From: Rhizophagus irregularis
Lineage: Eukaryota
Length of the DNA stretch: 64,000 nt
Direction of reading: 5' to 3'
Assembly (NCBI RefSeq): GCF_026210795.1
Contig: NC_089430.1
Span: 558,001 to 622,000, forward strand
In this document: positions 38,039 through 51,049 of the stretch, in pieces
How positions within the stretch are numbered: the stretch's first letter is position 1
How the letters are laid out: each line of letters starts with the position of its first letter
Program-made: the position numbers and the translations under genes
The notes under the pieces: generated by a model
What the model saw: only the letters and a program-made list of their open reading frames with translations
Database searches by the model: none
Told to the model about the DNA's origin: nothing

Positions 38039-39223
38039 ATTCTCAACTTTGACAATTCACCCTTATTCTTTGGCCTGGAATTCTCATATGACTGCATTAT
38101 TGTTGTTTGTAATTTGATCCATTGAATCCACCATAAATTGCCTGGCAAAGCGAACTTTTATTAGACAACCATAGCTTCATCAACAAACGTTGCAATGTGT
38201 TTGGATGAATGACATCCTGTTTAATAAATTTTAAATGGGTAAACGTGGACCTAAAACCCATTAAAGATAGGCTGCAAGAAGTGCAAAGCAACCTACCAAC
38301 CCACGAGTGGGTCTAAAGGTTAGGGAATAAAATATATGCCAAACACACACAAGTTGGTATGGAGTTAAAGTCTTACAAACTAAAAATTATTTTTGCCACT
38401 TAATTCTCCAATAATCAATGTTATAAAAAAGTTACTTACGACTTAAGCCTACTTAATTATATATAAAACGACACTTTGAACAGATAGAGCTCATGATATA
38501 TGAGAATATCCCATCATGCCTATTTTAACTCTTGATTAAAGGATTTTTGTTGCGTTAATTATATAAGCTTTACGCCTATATAACATAAGCTTACACCTAT
38601 ATAATTCAAGTCCGCCTTTTCCTATAACACACTATATATGCATGACAGCAAACGGTATAGGAGGCAGACTCTACTTTCAGAAAGAAAGTTTTTTTTTTCA
38701 AAAAAAAACGTACAAATAAATAGCGGTTAAATAAAATGGTGGTTGAATTGACTTTTTAGGAATTAATAGGTCTTATACGTGATCATTTAATATACGCGAT
38801 CATTTAATTACGCGATCATTTAATCAGACAATTTTATAAATTTGGTATTATACGAACTTGATCAACCAATAATTGTTTAGGTAATACATGGATGAGTTCT
38901 TTATAGGTGGATATTACTCAAAATAGAGCCAAATTAACTTTACACAGTTTATACAGATAATTGATTACTTAATGGTAATAACACAACAAGTTAAAGAAAT
39001 TCAAATATGATTGAATCTCAACAGATATTCAAAACTTTTAAAACTTTATGTGATTTTTCGATTGAAGCTAATTATTATTAAAGTCTATACCATTAAAAGA
39101 ATAATAATTAAATAAACTAAAAAGAAATACTCAATAAAACTCAATTTTATTTTTTTATTAAAATTTTATAAAATCATTTATTAATGATTTTTCTTCGTCA
39201 TATAATTTTATAAGAACGCACCT

Positions 39224-40494
39224 AAATCTATAATTTAATTTTATTAATATATTATTATCAAAAGCGTAATGTGCGAAATAAATAAAATAACTTACTTGTT
39301 TTAGGGTATTTACTATATCACTTCTACTTCAGGAAGGGATAATTAAATTTTTAGTCATAGTATACAACTCCTTTATACCAGATAAGTTTTTACCATCCCA
39401 AGAAACGCGGATGGCTTCTTTAACAAACTCAACTAACATATCAGTTCCTCCATTATTTGTTAATTCCAAAATATTGACAGCTGCGAGTTGACGGTTTAAA
39501 AGTTTTTGCATTACGTTTTCATCAAAGTATTCTTTAATTTCTTTTTGTGAAAGATTTCCAGTCGTACCCCTATAATTAATTAATTAATAATTATACAAAT
39601 AGCACTATTTTGTTGACTATAAAACAATGAAATAAATAAATACCTGCTCTTTCTTATTTTTTTGTATTCCTCCACTAAATTTAGAATATTTTGGTTGAAT
39701 TTATTTTGAAAGTCAATTAAAGATTTACGAGTTTTTTTTAAATAGCTTCTGGCTTCACTAGTATAAATTTTAAACTGAAAAATTTTCACAACCAAATCAT
39801 CGAGTGCTTCACTACTCGGATTCCTCGCTCGTAAAAATAAGCACTTTACCAACTCATCCCAGAGTCGTATTTTATCCTAAAATATTATGAGATACGTTAT
39901 TTAAAGATTTAGACATAATAAATGTTACCATATTGTATTAATACTAACTTCAGTATTCTTTGAACTAATGACATAAGATGATTCATTCATCTCATTTGCT
40001 AATCGTAAAATGTCTGGATTTTTTAGAAGCCAGTTACATATATCTAATTTTTTACAAAACTGAAATGGATCCAGAACTGTTTTAGCCGCACCTAACTTGT
40101 CATTATCATTATCATCATCTTCATCTTCTTCATCTTCTTCATCTTCATCTTCACTTTTATTCCTTACATCATCTTCTACTATTACTTCTTTTTCTATATA
40201 ATATATCATTTCAATTATTTCAATTAAAATTAATAGAATAATATCAAAGAGCTAAAGCCTATATAATTAATATTTACCTAATAATAATTGATTAGTTTCT
40301 TCGATATTCATTTCTCTCCTCTTTTTCGTTAAAGTCCTTGGATTTTTTTTCGTTCCTATCATACATATTTTTGGTATTTTACTATTTATTTTCCTTACAT
40401 ATAAGCAAAAAATATAATTATATTTACAAAAAGTTATATAAATACCTGTTTCAACTTCTACTTGATTATTATAAACTGCTTTACGTTTAGACAT
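39224..40494 (-). pseudogene. Acidic cargo gene X, copy B
   Basis: Spliced: MSKRKAVYNNQVEVET...DICNWLLKNPDILRLANEMN...KCLFLRARNPSSEALDDLVVK...IPS* (CGA in copy C). Confidence 0.8.
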
Positions 40495-40769
40495 AATATA
40501 AAATATTAGTGAAAAAAAATATAGAAAAATTCGATTAAGAAAAATAAGTGAAAAAAAAGTAAAATAAATATGTTTACCGAATTAAAGTTCTTTATATTAA
40601 TTTTGAAACCGGACATTCTCATCTCGCGAGATCACACATTCACACAGTACATAATGTATGTATTCCAATTTTATACTGTAATCATAATTCTAAATTCTAA
40701 TAACTGAGTTCTCGTGTTCCATCTCCTATTTTTTGATCCAATGTCTCATTTTTGAAGAATGTTACATAA

Positions 40770-42186
40770 CCCTATGAAAAAAGTCTGTGTGATTTTTGTT
40801 GAAAAATCATTCAATTAAATTCACTACGATTTCTGTATATTTGACCATACAATAATTGTGCTAAAAATTGCAATAAATCACACAATTATTGCATGGTAAT
40901 TCATTCAATAATTATCCTATTTTTGACCTGAATTTATACAATTATTGTGTGATTTCTGAGCCAAATTTTAGGCCATATTTTAGGAATTATAGGTTAAATT
41001 TTACAGTAATAACAGGCAATTTATAAAGTGAAATTATGAATTTTTATTGACTTAAAATATAAAAAATATACACAATATTTTATAAATAAAATACTAAATT
41101 TAATATAATCATAAATATAAAAATTTGTAAGAAAATAAAATAAAATAAAGTATGTTAATAACATGAAAGTAAATTAGTAGTATCAAAGAAGAAAGTAAAT
41201 TATTAGTGTAAGTAAATTATTAGTATTAAATAAATAAAAAAGTATGAAGTTAGTGAAGAAAGCAAATTAGTAGTGTTAAAAAGTAAATTATTAGTGTTAG
41301 TAATAAAAAAGTATGAAGTTAGTGAAGAAAGCAAATTAGTGTGTTAAAAAGTAAATTATTAGTGTTAGTAATAAAAAAAAAGTATGAAGTTAGTGAAGAA
41401 AGCAAGTTAGTAACATTAAAATGTAAAAAGTTAGGAAAATAAAAAGATAAAGAACACAAGTTTTTCTTACCTGATATTTTAAAAGAAAGTTGAAGAAAAG
41501 TTAAAAGGTTAAAAAAACATAAACAAAAACATTTCGTGTCATCATATTTATTTTGACGATCAGATCACGTGATCAACATATATAATTTAAGAGTTAATTT
41601 TTACCACATAATTCTGGCCAAATTATAATTCCAGTCAGAACTAATTGTGTAACCTAATAAAAAGTTTTTGACTTTTTTTTAGTTACAAGATAATACAAAA
41701 ATTTCACCAATGGGTCTGAAAGATGCCCGTTTATAAGCAAATATGCAGTTGAAATTTGTGTAACCTTACTGCATAAATCACTTTACTTAGGAAAATCTAT
41801 TTGTAATGGTTAAAAGTGGTCTATTTGACCCTAAAAGTGGTCAAATGTAACCATACAGGTAAGATGGAAAGTAGTATAGTAGGATAACTCAAAAATTGAT
41901 TTCTGTATCCTAAATTTAAGTCTATTTTCAAGTTGTACAATAATCACAATTTTTATTGTACAAAAATTGAATGTTTTCTGTATCCTAAATTTAAGTTGTA
42001 TAAAGATCACACAAAAATTGAACATTTTCTATATTCTAAATTTAAGTTGTACAAAAATTGCATACTTTTAATATGCTTTGAAAAACTTCATAGCTATTTT
42101 TATCCAAAAATCTGCAATAATTGTACAATTTCCACACGGACTTGAACAAATATCGTACAAAAATTGGATGATTTTTTTTCATAGGG
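40770..42186. mobile_element. Non-autonomous CCCTATG-terminated element, 3-bp TSD TAA
   Basis: CCCTATGAAAAAA / TTTTTTCATAGGG termini; empty site near 56920 in arm C; internal ~60-bp tandem repeat at 41230-41410. Confidence 0.92.
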
Positions 42187-43044
42187 TAACAATGGAATTT
42201 ATTATCTATTGTCAAAATATAAAATGACTATCATAAGATAAAAATAAATGTTATGAATTTCTGTTTAAAGAAATGAATGATGAAACAATAATGTTAAACT
42301 TCCTTTTACGATTAAGCACAGCCTTTTACAGCCACAATTGCTATATTATTCTGATACTGTACGACATATCAACTCGCATGGTCAAAGAAAAAATCAAAAT
42401 TTAATGATATCGGTATTATTTATGTTTCACAATTAAACATAAGTAAGGGTTAATATTATAATATTAATATAATTGGCATGTACAAATGTAGTTAGATTAT
42501 TATATCCAGCGAATTTAATCGTTTCGAAACTCGTCGAACTCGAGTTGAATTTGAGTTTGAATTTGCGTTGATGAAATTGTTAATTTTTGTTAGATTTGAC
42601 TTGATTAAATATGATTTAATTTTACAATTAGAAAAAATAAACTAAACGATTAAAATTGTAAATAAAAAATAGTATAATAAATTCATAATATCTAGTGAAA
42701 TAAATTAGTTCGTGTGAACTCAAATTGAACACAAGTTGAACTCATATTTGATGCGATTGAATTCGTTCGATATTTTAGATAATAACTTATTATTTGTAAT
42801 TGTCTGATATAAATATATTGCAAGGGCATCTTAATCTTATTGCCTGCATATATTATTTTTAATTTTTAAATAAAAAAAAAATTTATTTTTGCAGATATCT
42901 TAAACATATTACTTGCATATATTATTTTGAATGTTAACTAAAATAAACAGAATTTCAAACTAGAGAAAATATTTATAAGAGAAGTATACGTCTTTTTTTT
43001 AAAAAAAATAATCATTTCTCAACAAATTTTAATCATGCCTATAG

Positions 43045-43637
43045 AATGGACCCGTGTGGCTACTGACCATTTGATAAGACAAAGAAGGTAAAATAAAATA
43101 TCTTTCTAGATGTCTTCTTTCTTTTATGTTACTTATATTATTCTTTTATCTAATAATTCAATAAATAACAATAATGTAAAGACGTGGTAATGAGCGCTAC
43201 CACGATATGGATGGTAGAAGTAGGGTCTCCTTCTGGGAGACAACTGCAAGACGACTCTACCAGGACCTACGATTTCGTTGCTCTGCAAGACAGTGTGAGC
43301 AACGATTCTGAAATTTAATTCGGAATTTCAATGTTAGTAAAGCAATAATAAAATAAAGATAATAAAAAAAAATGTATTAACTGTGTTGATATTTTTAGGA
43401 TTTTGTTAAGTGGAGAAATGGAGGAAGTAGAAGTCGCTGGACCAGAACAGGCCAGCGTTACTATCAGTCTTTCAGAAGCAGATTCTGGGAGCAGCCCGGT
43501 AATTATTAGAGTTCTTTTAATTAATTCTTATATTTATTTATATTAAATTTATTTTATTTACATTATTAGAAACACAGTATAGTAGGAGATGCCAACGTAA
43601 CAGGAGGCACCTACGGTGACTTCGAGCTTGAGATTAA
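43045..43637 (+). pseudogene. Spliced Myb/SANT-like (trihelix) cargo gene, copy B (5' end undefined)
   Basis: Four GT-AG-joined exons give WTRVATDHLIRQRRRGNERYHDMDGRSRVSFWETTARRLYQDLRFRCSARQCEQRF*NLIRNFNDFVKWRNGG...SFRSRFWEQPE. Confidence 0.78.
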
Positions 43638-43726
43638 TTTATATTTTTTTTTTATTTTATATTTTTTTTATTTTATATTTTTTTTTATTTTATATTTTTT
43701 ATTTTTATGTTTTATTTTTATGTTTT

Positions 43727-45246
43727 CCCTATAAGAAATCTGTATATGGAATGGATACGTTTTGTATACATTTTATGTACATTTCTATAGATTCCGTATA
43801 CAAATTCCGTATATTTAATAAGAAATTTATTTTTGAACATTTTTTTAAAAAACTAACGTATACAAAATGTATACGGAAAAAATCAATAATGCGGAATGTA
43901 TACGGAATTTTTAAGCTTAATATTTTAGAAAATAATTTTACAATCATTACACGTGATCACGTGATTGTTTATTGTTTTGTTATGATACGTTTTTTTGTTT
44001 TTTATATAAACCCTTAACAATTACTTTGATCTTCCTTTTGGTCTTTCCTTTCTTTTGTCTTTTGTTATTTTGTTTTTTTTTTTATATTTTAAAAAATTTT
44101 TCTTTCTTCTTTCTTCGTCACCTCCCTTTAAAAAGAGATTTTTTTTTCGTCACTCCTTTAAAAAATTTTTTTTCATCACTCTCCTTTAAAAAAAAAATTT
44201 TTTTTCGTCACTCCTTTAAAAAAATTTTTTTTTTGACTTTATTTTTTTTATTCCCCACTCACCACTCTTTCCTTTTTTTTTTAAAAAAAAAATTTTCTTT
44301 CTATTCTTTATAAAAAATTTTTTATTTTTCTAACATTGACATCCTCCCTTTTTTTTTAAAAAAAAATTTTTTTAACTTTCCTAACTTTGTCACCCCTCTT
44401 TTTAAAGAAAAATATTTTTTGATTTGTTCTTTTATTCCCTACTCACTACCCTTTCTTTTTTATTTATATTATCTCTTTTTTTTCATAGGCCAACAGATTT
44501 TTTTTGAAAGTTTCTTTTTTCTTTTTTTGTAAATTAGTTTGGGAGTCCTTTTCTTTTTGTAGGATGGTACAGGATTTTTTTTCTTTTTTAGGTCAGTTCA
44601 TATTTTCTTTTTTCTTTGTAAGTTTGGTTCAGATTCTGGATTTTTTTCTTGTAAGTTGTTTTGGTTTCTTTTCATCAGATGTTTTATGATTCTTTTCTTT
44701 TATGTAGGTCAGACATTTTGGAGTTCTTTTTCTTTTTTGTAGGAATACTGACCCTTGGTGACTTGGACGATTGCAGATACTATATGAGGTGTTTTGGTTT
44801 CCGGTTAAGTTAAACATTCTCATGTTTCTTTTTTCTTTTTAGGTTTTTTGACTCTGAATGAACCTTAACATATTATAGATAATTTGGGTTGCAATAGGTG
44901 GTTTTGATAAGGAAGGGAATTTTAATAATGTATTTAATATATTTGTATTTGTTTAATTTTTAATTTATATTTAATTTAATAAAGTAGAATTAAATTTATG
45001 TAAATACAACTATAATAAACTGTAATATAATGGTAAATTCAGTAACAAATCGTATAAATTTCATGATAAAATCAGTGATCAAATCATGTAAATTCCATAT
45101 GAATCCCGTGTAAATTCCGTATCCAAACCATATTTTTAGTGATACGGAATTGTGCATTTTTCCGTATCCTTTCATGATACGTTATTTCTAAGGAAAAAAA
45201 ATTGTATAAAAACTTTATAAAAAACGTATCCGATTTTTTTATAGGA
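43727..45246. mobile_element. CCCTATA element (same family as 1670-3272), 3-bp TSD TTT
   Basis: Reverse-complement homology to 1670-3272; empty site near 55425 in arm C. Confidence 0.9.
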
Positions 45247-45553
45247 TTTATTTTTATATATTTAATTTTATATTTTTTAATTTTATATTTTAATTTTATA
45301 TTTTCATATTTTTATATTTTAATTTTATATTTTTTAATTTTATATTTTTATATTTTTATATATTTTATTTTTAATTTTATAATTTTTATATTTTCCTTTT
45401 CCCTTTCATCTTCTCCCTTCCCTTCATCTTTTTCTTTCCCCTTTTCTTTGTTTTTTTCTTTCTCTTTTGTTTCCCCTTCCCTTCGTCTTTTTCTTTCCCC
45501 TTTTTCTTTCCCTTTCGTTTTTTCCCCCCGATCAATGTTGCTGCACCTCAACG

Positions 45554-46399
45554 CAGTGTTTGGCAAATGACTTGAAATGAACAAATGACTCAAATGACAA
45601 GTCATTTGTCATTTGTCATTTGCAACTCAAATGACCTGTCATTTAAGTCATTTGAAAAATATTAAATATTCTGAGAATTCTTATTAATTATTTTATTTAT
45701 TTTAATTAAGAAAACAAAAATATTAAAACAAAATTGGTTTAATATATATAATCAAAAAAGTTTCAATAGTAGTAAAGATTTTTTAATCACGTGATTTGTC
45801 ATTATTTTTACAGGTTATTATTTGTTAATAATATTATTATAGACAGGATTATTTCACTTATAATTATTTCACTAATGATCATTTTATCCATACAGATAAA
45901 AGTTAATTAATTATGCAATAAAATATTTAATTGTAACACATGTAGTGGATCCGATATATATAATTGTTGTCTTTATTTAATCATAAGATGGCCATAACAT
46001 TTATTTATGCATATAATTATATAATAAAATTATATATAATAAATAACATATCAAATATTATTATCACTTTAATAATTATGGTTGTATTATTTATTATTTT
46101 CAGATTACAGTAAAAAATAAATAATTTTGTGAAATTGATTCTGTTTGTGATTATTTCGATTACGTCCTTCCTTTTTTATACATCACGTGATTATAAATTG
46201 TCCAATAATCTTTAAATATTTTAATGACAAATGACCAAATGACAAAGGACGCAAATGACATTCAAATGATACCCAATCATTTGGCATTTGTCATTTCACG
46301 AATAATTCAAATGCCAAATGCCAAATGATGGGGTGTCATTTGACCAAATGACTCCTAATCCGAAAAATGGTCAAATGACCAGGTCATTTCCGAACACTG
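45554..46399. mobile_element. Non-autonomous hAT-type element, 8-bp TSD CCTCAACG
   Basis: CAGTGTT(T/C)GG termini and AAATGAC subterminal repeats; empty site near 55115. Confidence 0.93.
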
Positions 46400-46550
46400 C
46401 CTCAACGTGGTGATCAGGTGACAACAAGTTTTTTTAAATGACTTGGCAACAAATTGTGGCTGTGATAAATTATATTACCTAATTTGACGCATTTGAATCA
46501 TAGTTACTTCACCAGTAAATTTTATTTCCAATATTTCCTTAAAAAAAAGA

Positions 46551-47075
46551 ATGTCAAAGCAGGAACATGATAAACTTCTCTTGACTTTGCATAATTTTAA
46601 AATTGAATTGTTTTTATCTTATGTGGATATGAAGTTTGAGGCGGCACTTATAAATTCTTCAATTAGTTGGTACAAATTAGCATCATATACAATTGAAGAA
46701 AAAAATGGTATTTTTTCAAAAGTTCACCTACATCTCAGTGATTTTATCACAATTTATGAAGAAGATCATGAAGAATCTTATGCAATAATCAAAGGTATCT
46801 TTCAACATAAGAGTAATAATAACAAATATTATGCATTTATTGTTGTAGATTGGTTTGAAAATACTATGGTTGAACATTCAGTATTAAAATGTCTGCTTTA
46901 CCGTCTTCAAGCAACAGGAGATAAATGGAGACGTATTTTTCCAATTACTGTAATAGATAATGTTCAAAAAGTACACTTTATTCATAATTGTAATTCAGAA
47001 AGGTGCCAACTACCAAATCATGATACTAAAAATAGAATTTGGATAAAAAATATTTTTTATTTTACAGCCATATAA
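46551..47075 (+). CDS. Retained last exon of the large-element transposase in copy B (174-aa open frame)
   Basis: Homologous to 51050-51573 but lacks that copy's frameshift. Upstream exons are deleted, with the junction near 46503. Confidence 0.6.
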   Translation: MSKQEHDKLLLTLHNFKIELFLSYVDMKFEAALINSSISWYKLASYTIEEKNGIFSKVHLHLSDFITIYEEDHEESYAIIKGIFQHKSNNNKYYAFIVVDWFENTMVEHSVLKCLLYRLQATGDKWRRIFPITVIDNVQKVHFIHNCNSERCQLPNHDTKNRIWIKNIFYFTAI

Positions 47076-47413
47076 TTATATTAATTATATAAATATAATA
47101 AAATAATTATTTAATTTGTATCGTATAAAATTTTGGTTAAAATTAACCAATAAAATCATATGCATGATGTAATAATAAATTAAAATTAACCAATTAAAAT
47201 CACTTTAATTACATGCATGTGATATCTAAAAATAGCTAAAATTCACGTTTATTAATGAGATTTTTTTGTTTATTTTCAAAAATACACTTTTCTCTTGTCT
47301 TTTATATTAACACTTTACGGTATTTTGTTTGTCTCTTTTTTTCTCTTTTTAAAGTATACTTTAATTATCTTTTTACAATATTAATAATACTTTGGGACAC
47401 TTTAGTTTATATA

Positions 47414-47551
47414 AGGGGTCTTCACAAAAAACGTGATTGAGATTGAGATTGAGATTTCATATAGAATTTTCAATCTTAATATGTTAGTAAGATTGAAATT
47501 CTATACTAAATTTCAATCTCAATCTCAATCATGTTTTTTGTGAAGACCCCC
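47414..47551. mobile_element. ~137-bp palindromic GGGGTCTTCAC MITE (arm B)
   Basis: Long TIR; absent at the homologous site in copy A (~26957); TA or TAT duplicated. Confidence 0.88.
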
Positions 47552-48499
47552 ATATTCAACATAGTAAAACATCCACATACGAAAAGCAAGAATAAAAAAA
47601 GAATAAAGAACAGAGAATGTACCCACCACTCACATACGAAAGAAAAGAATAAAAGAAAGGAAAAATGTACCCACCTAACCACATACAAAAGAGAAAAAAG
47701 CCATTTTTTAAATAAATAGTGGAGCTGTTAAGCAAGGTATGAAAATAGGATATACGCATATTTTTCATATTTTTTTTACAATATGTTGTGGTTTGAGTAT
47801 TTTTTTGTTAGATTGTGGTATAAATGTGAATATATTTTTCAACGGCCATGTATCTATTGCTTGTTAAATATATTTGCAATTTCTTTGTTAGACTGTGGTA
47901 TTACAATATGAAGTGTGAATATATTTTTCAATGGCCATATATCTATTGCTTATTAAATATATTTGCAATTTCTTTTGTAATATTTGCTTTAGCCTGGAAG
48001 AAAATGTTGTAAAATAGGGCTGGATATTTATGGCATTTTCCGCCTTCCAATTACTTTGTCCGGGGGTAGCCTGACAATTTGTCGTTGTCTGTCAGTCATA
48101 GCAACCAGCATTTTTTTACAATATTATGATTTTAAGAAACAAAACACTCTCAAAAAAATTTAAAGAAAGAACTAACTTAAAAATATTATCATTTTTATTA
48201 TTCTTTACAAAATCCCAGAATTACCTACTCTAACTATTATCCCAAGGTTATGTATTAAATTTTAAATATATTTTACAAAGAATACATTTTATTAATCATG
48301 ATTGTTTTTTATATATATATATTTTTTTTAAAATTGAAAATGACGTATCCATCCACTCACATATGAAAAGAAAAGAATAAAAAAGAGAAGAAAAGAATAA
48401 AAAAAAAGGAAGAAAAGAAACGTACTCCACTCACCCATAATAATCCACTAATAAAAAATTATTATTATTAATGTATAATAAATAATAAACATTATATTA

Positions 48500-49620
48500 C
48501 AATAAAAATATTTTTGTGATGTTAATTCAGTGTTAATATAATATCATTACGATGTAGTTACGATATTAAATAAATGTAAAACATTTTTTGTAATAATAAT
48601 TCGATATTAATATGATATTATTATGATGTAGTTACGATATCAAATAAAATTGTAATATTAATTCAATGTTAATACGACATCACTACGATGTGGCTACGAT
48701 ATCAAACAGATGTAAAATATTTTTGCAATATTAATTCGATGTTAATATGATATCACTATGATGTGGTTACGATATCAAATAAAATGTCAAATATTTTGTA
48801 ATATTAATTCAATGTTAATACAATATCACTACGACATGGTTATGATATCAAATAAAATGTCAAATATTTTGTAATATTAATTCAATGTTAATATGACATC
48901 ACTATGATGTGGTTACGATAACAAATAAAATGTCAAATATCTTTGCAATATTAATTCAATGTTAATACAATATCACTATGACATGGTTACGATATCAAAT
49001 AAAATGTCCATATTAACATCGAATTAATATTGCAAAGATATTTGACATTTTATTTGATATCGTAACCACATCATAGTGATGTCATATTAACATTGAATTA
49101 ATATTACAAAATATTTGACATTTTATTTGATATCGTAACCATGTCGTAGTGATATTGTATTAACATTGAATTAATATTACAAAATATTTAACATTTTATT
49201 TGATATTGTAACCACATCGTAGTGATATCATATTAATATCGAATTAATATTGCAAAAATATTTTACATCTATTTGATATCGTAACCACATCATAGTGATG
49301 TTGTATTAACATTGAATTAATATTACAAAATATTTTAAATTTTATTTGATATCGTAACCACATCGTAGTGATATCATATTAACATCAAATTAATATTGCA
49401 AAAATATTTTACATCTGTTTGATATCGTAGCCACATCGTAGTGATGTTGTATTAACATTGAATTAATATTACAATTTTATTTGATATCGTAACTACATCA
49501 TAATAATATCATATTAATATCGAATTAATATTACAAAAAATGTTTTACATTTATTTAATATCGTAACTACATCGTAATGATATTATATTAGCACTGAATT
49601 AACATCACAAAAATATTTTT
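48500..49620. repeat. Head-to-head fused subterminal arrays; centre of the foldback at ~49008/49009
   Basis: The ~70-bp units switch orientation at ...AAATAAAATGTC|CATATTAACATC... Confidence 0.9.
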
Positions 49621-50573
49621 ATTGTAATATATGTTTATTATTTATTACACATTAATAATAATAATTTTTTATTAGTGGATTATTATGGGTGAGTGGCATG
49701 GAGTACATTTCTTTTCTTCCTTTTTTTTTATTCTTTTCTTCTCTTTTTTATTCTTTTCTTTTCATATGTGAGTAGATGGATACGTCATTTTCAATTTTAA
49801 AATATATATATATATAAAAAAAACAATCATGATTAATAAAATGTATTTGTAAAATATATTTAAAATTTAATAGTACATAACCTTGGGATAATAGTTAGAG
49901 CAGGTAATTCTGGGATTTTGTAAAGAATAATAAAAATGATAATATTTTTAAGTTAGTTCTTTCTTTAAATTTTTTTGAGTGTTTTGTTTCTTAAAATCAT
50001 AATATTGTAAAAAAATGCTGGTTGCTACGACTGACGGACAATGACAAATTGTCAGGCTACCCCGGACAAAGTAATTGAAAGGCGGAAAATGCCATAAATA
50101 TCCAGCCCTATTTTACAACATTTTCTTCCAGGCTAAAGCAAATATTACAAAAGAAATTGCAAATATATTTAACAAGCAATAGATATATGGCCATTGAAAA
50201 ATATATTCACACTTCATATTGTAATACCACAGTTTAACAAAGAAATTGCAAATATATTTAACAAGCAATAGATACATGGCCGTTGAAAAATATATTCACA
50301 TTTATACCACAGTCTAACAAAAAAATACTCAAACCACAACATATTGTAAAAAAAATATGAAAAATACGCATATATCCTATTTTCATACCTTGCTTAACAG
50401 CTTCACTATTTATTTAAAAAATGGCTTTTTTCTCTTTTGTATGTGGTTAGGTGGGTACATTTTTCCTTTCTTTTATTCTTTTATTTTGTATGTGAGTGGT
50501 GGGTACATTTTCTGTTCTTTATTCTTTTTTTATTCTTGCTTTTCGTATGTAGATGTTTTACTATGTTGAATAT

Positions 50574-50710
50574 GGGGTCTTCACAAAAAACATGATTGAG
50601 ATTGAGATTGAAATTTAGTATAGAATTTCAATCTTACTAATATATTAAGATTGAAAATTCTATATGAAATCTCAATCTCAATCTCAATCACGTTTTTTGT
50701 GAAGACCCCT
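50574..50710. mobile_element. GGGGTCTTCAC MITE (arm C), orthologous to 47414-47551
   Basis: Same insertion point in the mirrored arm. Confidence 0.88.
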
Positions 50711-51049
50711 TATATAAACTAAAGTGTCCCAAAGTATTGTTAATATTGTAAAAAGATAATTAAAGTATACTTTAAAAAGAGAAAAGAAGAGACAAACAAA
50801 ATACCATAAAGTGTTAATATAAAAGACAAGAGAAAAGTGTATTTTTGAAAATAAACAAAAAAAATCTCATTAATAAACGTGAATTTTAGCTATTTTTAGA
50901 TATCACATGCATGTAATTAAAGTGATTTTAATTGGTTAATTTTAATTTATTATTACATCATGCATATGATTTTATTGGTTAATTTTAACCAAAATTTTAT
51001 ACGATACAAATTAAATAATTATTTTATTATATTTATATAATTAATATAA

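Larger units (their letters stand above)
35154..49008 (-). mobile_element. Large CACTA/CMC-like element, copy B (inverted; ~3.4-kb transposase deletion; multiple nested insertions)
   Basis: Starts CTTTACAGAAACCTTG, the reverse complement of the right end of A. Collinear reverse complement of C apart from insertions and the deletion. Confidence 0.9.
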
